Shown here piece after piece: positions 58,336 to 64,000 of a stretch of 64,000 nucleotides of DNA (its first letter is position 1; each line of letters starts with the position of its first letter). This stretch comes from Gammaproteobacteria bacterium (GTDB lineage Bacteria > Pseudomonadota > Gammaproteobacteria > Steroidobacterales > Foliamicaceae). The stretch lies in the NCBI GenBank assembly GCA_009838035.1, contig VXSK01000030.1, positions 8,683 to 72,682 of the forward strand, given 5' to 3'. The notes under the pieces are model-generated. The model made no database searches. It saw only the letters and a list, made by a program, of their open reading frames with translations, and was not told the origin of the DNA. Made by a program: the position numbers and the translations under genes.

Positions 58336-59921
58336 TCGCGCTCCTCCGAAGCCGTGAACGCCGCCCGCCCAACCTTCGGCCGGGAGCCCCCCTCGCGGAT
58401 TCTAACTGCTGCCGGAAGCGCGATTCCGAGCAAGATGCACAGGACAACCACGGGCCATTCTCCGTAGCGCACGTAGGGCGTCGCGCCCACCAGCCGCGGT
58501 ACGCTTACGTCCAGGAAACCGGGTCCGTACTTCGGGAGCCGGTCGATGATGCGGCCGCCGGGATCGACCGCCGCGGTAATGCCGGTGCCGGTTGCGCGCA
58601 GCAGATAGCGCCCGGTTTCCATGGCCCGCACGCGCGCCATGTCCAGATGCTGCTCGAGGGCGACGGTGTCGCCGAACCAGCCGTCGTTGCTGACGTTGAT
58701 GAGAACCTCCGCCGTCGGCACCCATCTTCGCTGCTCCGAACCGAAAGCCGCCTCGTAACAGATGCTCACGCCGCACACCGCCTCACCGGCCGTGAGCGGC
58801 GCCTGGCCGCTCGGTCCCGGCACGAGGTCGCTGGCGGGAAGGTTCATGCCCAGCAGCCAGTCCCTTATCGCATCGGGCACGGGAAAGAACTCCCCGAAGG
58901 GCACCAGGTGGTGCTTGTGGTAGGTCCCCTGGCCGTCGCCCAGCACGATCAGGGAATTGTATCGGCCGGCGTCGGTTTGGGTGAGAATCCCAAGCGCAAG
59001 GGCGCCCCGACGCGCGCGCAACAGACGGTCCATATCATCCAGATACTCGCGGACGAAGTCCTGCGTCTTGGGGACCGCGACTTCCGGCCAGATGATCAGC
59101 GCCGGGTCCGCAGAGGCGCCCGCCACGGGTTGTCCGAAGCTCAGCCGTTCGTAGCGGTCAAGGGTCGGCACAAACTCCTCTTCCAGCCACTTCCTCTCCT
59201 GGGGAATGCCGCCCTGCACGAGCCTCGCTTGCAGTTGGCCCCGCGATTGGCCATCCTGCGCCGGAAGCGCAATCTGCCCCAGCCCCGCGGCGCCGCCAAG
59301 CAGCAGGAGCAGGCCCACAGCCCGCGTTGCCGGGCCTGGTGCGATGCGCCAGACAAGCAGACATGCGCCAGCCAGCCATGCCGTCGTCAGTCCCACCAGG
59401 TACATTCCGCCCAGGGAAGCCAGCATTGCCGGGATCCGGCCGGCGAATACGGGGGCCGTGAGGTATCCGGCGCTCAACCACGGGAATCCGGTGAAAACCC
59501 ACCCCCTGAGCCACTCGGTCAGCACCAGGACGCAGGGCAGCACAAAAAGCAGAGCCATCCAGGGCCGTTTCGGCTGCATGCGCGCCGCCCAGTAGCCGCC
59601 CAGCGCGTACCAGCATCCCATCACGGCCGCGAGCAGTACGACCAGCGCGATGGCCAGCGCAACCGGCCCCCCGTTGACGATGCGCACGCTGTGATAAATC
59701 CAGTAGCAGCCGGCCGAGAAGGCGCACAGCCCGAAGGCGAAGCTTCCGGCCGCGGCCGCCCTCGGGTTCCTGAAGGCCCGCTCGCCCGACCACAGCGACA
59801 GGAGCAGGATCAATCCGGTCATGCCGATGAACCACCGGACCAGCGTCCACTCCGGGTAGAAGCAGAACGCCGCCGCCCACAACAGTCCGGCCAACAAGCC
59901 TGTGGGAATCGTCCTGCTCAT
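58332..59921 (-). CDS. lnt: apolipoprotein N-acyltransferase
   Basis: ATG at 59921 (MSRTIPTGLLAGLLWAAAF...). The N-terminal half is multi-TM. The C-terminal half is a CN-hydrolase domain with ...WPE...K...LVPFGEF...VSICYEAAF. Confidence 0.9.
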   Translation of the reverse strand: MSRTIPTGLLAGLLWAAAFCFYPEWTLVRWFIGMTGLILLLSLWSGERAFRNPRAAAAGSFAFGLCAFSAGCYWIYHSVRIVNGGPVALAIALVVLLAAVMGCWYALGGYWAARMQPKRPWMALLFVLPCVLVLTEWLRGWVFTGFPWLSAGYLTAPVFAGRIPAMLASLGGMYLVGLTTAWLAGACLLVWRIAPGPATRAVGLLLLLGGAAGLGQIALPAQDGQSRGQLQARLVQGGIPQERKWLEEEFVPTLDRYERLSFGQPVAGASADPALIIWPEVAVPKTQDFVREYLDDMDRLLRARRGALALGILTQTDAGRYNSLIVLGDGQGTYHKHHLVPFGEFFPVPDAIRDWLLGMNLPASDLVPGPSGQAPLTAGEAVCGVSICYEAAFGSEQRRWVPTAEVLINVSNDGWFGDTVALEQHLDMARVRAMETGRYLLRATGTGITAAVDPGGRIIDRLPKYGPGFLDVSVPRLVGATPYVRYGEWPVVVLCILLGIALPAAVRIREGGSRPKVGRAAFTASEERE

Positions 59922-59989
59922 CGCCGGCAGCGTGCTATGCTCAAAGCGCAAAGCGGGATTTCTTCCCGGGAAGATGGGGGCATTGGCAC

Positions 59990-60415
59990 ATGTTGAAGAA
60001 AATCTGCGGCTTGTATCTCTTTGCGGTTGCCGTACTGGTGGCCGTCCACACGGTTGTCGAGCCCTTGTACCATGCATCGGAACCCGGCCAGCCCTACAGT
60101 CCATTCTGGACCATAGTGAACCCGTTGACCGCGCTGGCCATTGTATTGGGCACGGTTTTCAGCTACACGCGCAAGACGGGCGCGGGAGGCGAAACGGTCA
60201 CTCGCGAGTTCCTGGTGGCCAACACGCTGTTCTACGGATTCCTGTTCGTGGGAATCATGTTTTTCTGGAACTGGTTCAATCTGATGAACCCCGCCTTCAC
60301 CGCCATAGGAGACGACACGGTTTCGCTGGTATGGATCGTCGTCGACGCCGGCGTGCCTCTGCTGGCGGGCGTCACCGGGATTCACTTGCTGCGGAGCGGC
60401 GCCGAAGGCGGATAG
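59990..60415 (+). CDS. small integral membrane protein (about 4 TM), function unknown
   Basis: 141 aa. Hydrophobic segments LYLFAVAVLVAVH, LTALAIVLGTVF, LFYGFLFVGIMFFW, LVWIVVDAGVPLLAGV. The stop abuts the next gene. Confidence 0.6.
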   Translation: MLKKICGLYLFAVAVLVAVHTVVEPLYHASEPGQPYSPFWTIVNPLTALAIVLGTVFSYTRKTGAGGETVTREFLVANTLFYGFLFVGIMFFWNWFNLMNPAFTAIGDDTVSLVWIVVDAGVPLLAGVTGIHLLRSGAEGG

Positions 60416-60417
60416 CC

Positions 60418-61191
60418 GTGCGGGCCCTTGCGCGCGCGGCGGCAATCGGACTGCTGCTTCCCGCCTGCGCTCCATCAGGCCATGCGTTGGAGTGGAGCGA
60501 TACCGAACTGCACCTGCAGTACGGGCAGCTCGACGTTCCTTCCTTCGCCGGCGGCGGCAAGGCGAAACATCTGATCACCACCGGGCAGCACGCGCACGGC
60601 TGGAAATACGGCGACAACTTCGTCTTTCTGGACATGCTTGACTCGCGGGAGTCCGGCTTCCAGGATTTCGATCTTTACGGCGAGTGGTACTCCAATTTCA
60701 GCCTGTCGAAGATTGCGGGCAGAAAAATCGGCGGCGGCCTCATCGCGGACATCGGCCTGGTCTTCGGAATCAACTGGGCCGACGACGCCAACGTCGTCAA
60801 GTACCTTCCGGGAATCCGCCTGTCGCTGGACCTGAACGGATTCGCGTTCGCCAACCTGGACATCACCGGGTACATCGACGACAGCAAGGGCGTCGCATCG
60901 GGCGGCGCGCCAAGAGAAAGCGATTCGTTCATGGTGGACCTGAGTTTCGCGCGTCCTTTCACGCTGGGCGGACAGGATTTCAGCCTGGAGGGCCACATCG
61001 AATACATTGGCAGCCGGGAGAACCGGTTCGGCGACAATGTCGACGGCTGGCTGCTTGCGCAGCCTCAACTACGCTGGAGGGTCACTGAACGATTATGGAT
61101 GGGAATCGAATATCAATACTGGATGAACAAGCTCGGCGACGGGGCGACCGACGAGAACACCGTGCAGGCCCTGCTGGTATGGCAGTTCTAG
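60418..61191 (+). CDS. Tsx/OmpK-like outer-membrane channel protein
   Basis: GTG at 60418, 2 nt after the upstream stop. Signal peptide VRALARAAAIGLLLPACA. Alternating beta-strand pattern with LHLQYGQ..., DFDLYGEWYSNFSL, and C-terminal ...ALLVWQF. Confidence 0.6.
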   Translation: MRALARAAAIGLLLPACAPSGHALEWSDTELHLQYGQLDVPSFAGGGKAKHLITTGQHAHGWKYGDNFVFLDMLDSRESGFQDFDLYGEWYSNFSLSKIAGRKIGGGLIADIGLVFGINWADDANVVKYLPGIRLSLDLNGFAFANLDITGYIDDSKGVASGGAPRESDSFMVDLSFARPFTLGGQDFSLEGHIEYIGSRENRFGDNVDGWLLAQPQLRWRVTERLWMGIEYQYWMNKLGDGATDENTVQALLVWQF

Positions 61192-62099
61192 CCGCAACGG
61201 CGACAATACTGCTGGGGCTGGCCGGTCTTCCGGCGCAGGCCGCGGAGTCCGAAGCGCCGCGGGTCTTTCAGGACTGCGATGTCTGTCCCGTGATGGTCGA
61301 GGTGCCTCCGGGAGAGTTCATCATGGGCGCGGAGGGCGGGGAGGAAGGCCGTCCGGACGGTCCGCCGCACGAGGTCAGCATCGCCACAGCCTTCGCGATC
61401 GGACGGTTTGAAGTCACCAACCGGGAATTCGCCGCATTCGTGGACGCGACCGGATACGAGACCGCACCGCCCTGCGCGGTTCGGGTCGGCGACGAATGGT
61501 TGCTGCATCCCGAGGCGCTCTGGACCGACCTCAAGACCGGCCAGGAGTGGGAAGCGGACCACCCGGTGGCCTGCGTCAATTGGCTGGACGCGCGCGCCTA
61601 CGTCGCCTGGCTGGCGGAGACGAGCGGCCAGCCGTACCGGCTGCCCAGCGAAGCGGAATGGGAGTACGCGGCGCGCGGCGCCGTGAGCGGCGATTTTCCC
61701 TGGGGATCGGAACCGGACGAGGCGTGCGGCCAGGCCAATGTGTATGACTCGAGCGCGCAAGCCATGCATGGCTACAGTTGGCAGCCCGCGCTTTGCGATG
61801 ACGGTTTTCCGATGCTGGCTCCAGTCGGACGCCTGCAACCGAACAGGTTCGGCCTGCACGACGTGGCCGGCAACCTCTGGGAGTGGGTAGAGGACTGCTA
61901 CGTAGCGCCCTATCCGGCCGACATTCCCACGGACGGCAGCGCATACGGCCCGCCGCCCGGCCAGTGCGATCGGCGCAGCGTTCGCGGCGGCAGCTGGACT
62001 TCGCGGATCAGCCGCCAGCGGCTCGCGTTCCGCGGCCGCGATCCCGAGGACCTGCGCTACTCGATCTTCGGCTTCCGCGTCGCCCGCTCCCTCCACTGA
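61179..62099 (+). CDS. periplasmic FGE-sulfatase-fold (SUMF1/EgtB/PvdO family) protein, copy 1
   Basis: ATG at 61179; the ORF track starts at 61095. Signal peptide. Motifs FQDCDVCPVMVEVPPGEFIMG, EVTNREF, HPVACVNWLDARAYVAWL, YRLPSEAEWEYAARG, GNLWEWVEDC, RGGSW. Confidence 0.85.
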   Translation: MAVLAATATILLGLAGLPAQAAESEAPRVFQDCDVCPVMVEVPPGEFIMGAEGGEEGRPDGPPHEVSIATAFAIGRFEVTNREFAAFVDATGYETAPPCAVRVGDEWLLHPEALWTDLKTGQEWEADHPVACVNWLDARAYVAWLAETSGQPYRLPSEAEWEYAARGAVSGDFPWGSEPDEACGQANVYDSSAQAMHGYSWQPALCDDGFPMLAPVGRLQPNRFGLHDVAGNLWEWVEDCYVAPYPADIPTDGSAYGPPPGQCDRRSVRGGSWTSRISRQRLAFRGRDPEDLRYSIFGFRVARSLH

Positions 62100-62120
62100 C
62101 CCCTGGGCGAGCGCGCTAGA

Positions 62121-63056
62121 ATGCGCGGCATGAACAGATATGCACCAGCAATGGCCGTGCTGATCGGCCTCACGTTCGCAGCGTCGCCCGCGGCCGCCGA
62201 GGACGCGCAGCCCGAAACCTTCCGCGATTGCGAGCAGTGTCCCGAGATGGTCGTGGTTCCGGGCGGCAGCTTCGTCATGGGAAGCGAGGAAGCCGTGAGC
62301 GAACGCCCGATGGGCCCGCCGCACGAAGTGACGATTGCCGGGCCCTTCGCGCTGGGCAAGTACGAAATCACCAACCGGCAATACCGGGAATTCGTGGAGG
62401 CGACCGGCCACGAGATGTCGAAAGGATGTCGCGGCAACATCGATCAGGAGTGGAAAAACGACCCCGAAGCGCACTGGACCGATTTGCGGCTGGGGCAGGA
62501 GTCCGACCCCGAGCATCCGGTGGCCTGCGTGAGCTGGCTGGATGCCCGGGCCTATCTCGACTGGTTGTCCGGGATCAGCGGCCAGGACTATCGTCTGCCC
62601 AGTGAAGCGGAGTGGGAGTACGCGGCGCGCGCCGGCGCCGGCGACTGGTACTACTGGGGGGAAGACCCCGACGAGGGCTGCAAGCACGCCAACATGTACG
62701 ACACGAGCGCGCACGCCGTGCACGACTTCATCTGGCCCTGGATCGACTGCGACGACGGCCATACGACCCTGGCGCCGGTCGGCAGTTTCCAGCCGAACCC
62801 GTTCGGTCTGCATGACATGACCGGCAATCTCTGGGAATGGGTCGAGGATTGCTACGAAGTGCTTTATCCGGAAGACACGCCGACCGACGGTTCGGCCTAC
62901 GGTCCGCCGCCCGGCCAGTGCGAGAACCGCAGCGTGCGGGGCGGCAGCTGGCTGACCAACCCCGACTGGCAGCGCACCACGTTCCGCGGTCGCGATCCCG
63001 AAGAGGTGCGCTACAGCTTCTTCGGCTTCCGCGTCGCCCGCTCCCTGACGGAATAA
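62121..63056 (+). CDS. periplasmic FGE-sulfatase-fold protein, copy 2
   Basis: 311 aa with the same motif set (FRDCEQCPEMVVVPGGSFVMG, HPVACVSWLDARAYLDWL, YRLPSEAEWEYAARAG, RGGSW). The start could also be ATG 62130 or 62151. Confidence 0.85.
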   Translation: MRGMNRYAPAMAVLIGLTFAASPAAAEDAQPETFRDCEQCPEMVVVPGGSFVMGSEEAVSERPMGPPHEVTIAGPFALGKYEITNRQYREFVEATGHEMSKGCRGNIDQEWKNDPEAHWTDLRLGQESDPEHPVACVSWLDARAYLDWLSGISGQDYRLPSEAEWEYAARAGAGDWYYWGEDPDEGCKHANMYDTSAHAVHDFIWPWIDCDDGHTTLAPVGSFQPNPFGLHDMTGNLWEWVEDCYEVLYPEDTPTDGSAYGPPPGQCENRSVRGGSWLTNPDWQRTTFRGRDPEEVRYSFFGFRVARSLTE

Positions 63057-63060
63057 CACT

Positions 63061-63969
63061 TTGCGCCTTTTGTTCGCTGTGTTCGGCCTGGCGGCCGGGG
63101 CGATCGCTGCGGACGGCGTTCCGGAGGCCTCTTTCCGCGACTGCGACGGGTGTCCGGAGATGCTGGTCGTGCCGGGCGGGAATTTCGTGATGGGAGCGCA
63201 CGGCGGCGAGGAGGGCCGCCCGGAGGGACCGCCGCGCGAAATGCGCGTGGAACGCGATTTTGCGCTGGGCAGGTACGAAGTAACGAATGCCCAGTTCGAA
63301 GCTTTCGTCTCCGCCACGGGATACCAGGTGGAGAAAGGCTGTCGTGGAAAATTCGATGGCGAGTGGGAGAACCATCCGGAATCGAACTGGACCGACCTGA
63401 TGCTCGGGCAGGAACAGCGGCCGGATCATCCCGTAACCTGCGTCAGTTGGCTGGATGCGCGCGCCTACGTGGAATGGCTTGCGGAGATGAGCGGCCAGCC
63501 GTACCGCCTGCCCACCGAGGCGGAGTGGGAATACGCGGCGCGTGCCGGCGCCGTGGGCCGCTTCACTTGGGGCGACGACCCCGAGGCGGCATGCGCTTTT
63601 GCCAATGTGTATGACTCAAGCGCGGATCCTGTGCATGATTTCGGCTGGCAGGCGGCGGATTGCGACGACGGCTACCCGACTCTCGCACCGGTCGGCATGT
63701 ACAAACCGAACGCCTTCGGTCTGTACGACGTGGCGGGCAATGTCTGGGAATGGGTGGAAGACTGCTACGTCGAGCCCTATTCGGCGGAGTTGCCGACCGA
63801 CGGTTCGGCGCTTGACGTCCCGCCGGGCCAGTGCGAGCGGCGCGGCGTGCGCGGCGGCAGCTGGATTACGCGCCCGGACCGCCAGCGCCTCACGTTCCGC
63901 GGCCGCGACCCGGAGGACATCCACTACACCTTCTTCGGCCTGCGCGTCGCCCGCTCCCTGCCGGATTAG
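63061..63969 (+). CDS. periplasmic FGE-sulfatase-fold protein, copy 3
   Basis: 302 aa from a TTG start, with the same motif set (FRDCDGCPEMLVVPGGNFVMG, HPVTCVSWLDARAYVEWL, YRLPTEAEWEYAARAG, RGGSW). Confidence 0.82.
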   Translation: MRLLFAVFGLAAGAIAADGVPEASFRDCDGCPEMLVVPGGNFVMGAHGGEEGRPEGPPREMRVERDFALGRYEVTNAQFEAFVSATGYQVEKGCRGKFDGEWENHPESNWTDLMLGQEQRPDHPVTCVSWLDARAYVEWLAEMSGQPYRLPTEAEWEYAARAGAVGRFTWGDDPEAACAFANVYDSSADPVHDFGWQAADCDDGYPTLAPVGMYKPNAFGLYDVAGNVWEWVEDCYVEPYSAELPTDGSALDVPPGQCERRGVRGGSWITRPDRQRLTFRGRDPEDIHYTFFGLRVARSLPD

Positions 63970-64000
63970 CGGCAGTAATTGATCAGGCGGCTTCGGAGTA

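Noticed and set aside
61188-63317. 709-aa ORF antisense to the FGE-like gene triplet
   Set aside because: It is opposite three well-supported sense genes and is low-complexity and Arg/Ala-rich. Its internal repetition merely mirrors the sense-strand triplication.
61179-63969. Diversity-generating retroelement targets (FGE/C-type-lectin fold proteins are common DGR variable proteins)
   Set aside because: No reverse transcriptase or template repeat is present in the window. Differences among the three C-termini are not concentrated at adenine-templated (AAY) codons. The window ends 31 nt after the last copy, so a downstream RT cannot be excluded.

Overview
High-GC (by eye well above 60%) proteobacterial chromosome segment. 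It looks gammaproteobacterial from the 23S/5S sequences and from the divergent uvrA/ssb pair and the miaB-ybeZ-ybeY-corC block. No tools or databases were used, so every call rests on motifs read from the ORF translations and the DNA. RNA ends are good to about +/-5-10 nt.

Layout:
- 1-10 kb: ABC permease fragment; a hydroxylase-GH3-enolase operon converging on a CrtI-like/LLM/bicupin operon; a TPR-thioredoxin-DsbD-alpha fusion protein.
- 10-20 kb: TonB-dependent receptor (TBDR). Then an rRNA transcription unit with its own promoter and boxA, containing tRNA-Ile, tRNA-Ala, 23S and 5S but no 16S. Then a CpcT-like exported protein and a second TBDR.
- 20.3-34.2 kb: the most unusual locus. A 3256-aa type I PKS has the layout KS-AT-DH-cMT-(psiKR)-ER-KR-ACP-KS-[AT-less linker]. 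It is followed by a free ACP, an alpha/beta hydrolase, an Sfp-type PPTase and two tandem double-SnoaL cyclase-like genes.
- 34-49 kb: uptake/catabolic-looking block with an SSS symporter, two more TBDRs, two more double-SnoaL paralogs, a HisD-like dehydrogenase, a MetE-like Zn enzyme, a quinone oxidoreductase, an atypical alpha/beta-fold protein and a bicupin.
- 49-56 kb: housekeeping genes uvrA, ssb, miaB, ybeZ, ybeY, corC, interrupted by three related long palindromic intergenic elements.
- 56-64 kb: lnt translationally coupled to a Tat-exported flavin amine oxidase and a cytochrome c; then a small membrane protein, a Tsx-like porin and three tandem periplasmic FGE-fold paralogs.

I saw no transposase, integrase, CRISPR array, defence-type gene or transcription-factor gene. 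Many long antisense ORFs are GC artefacts.
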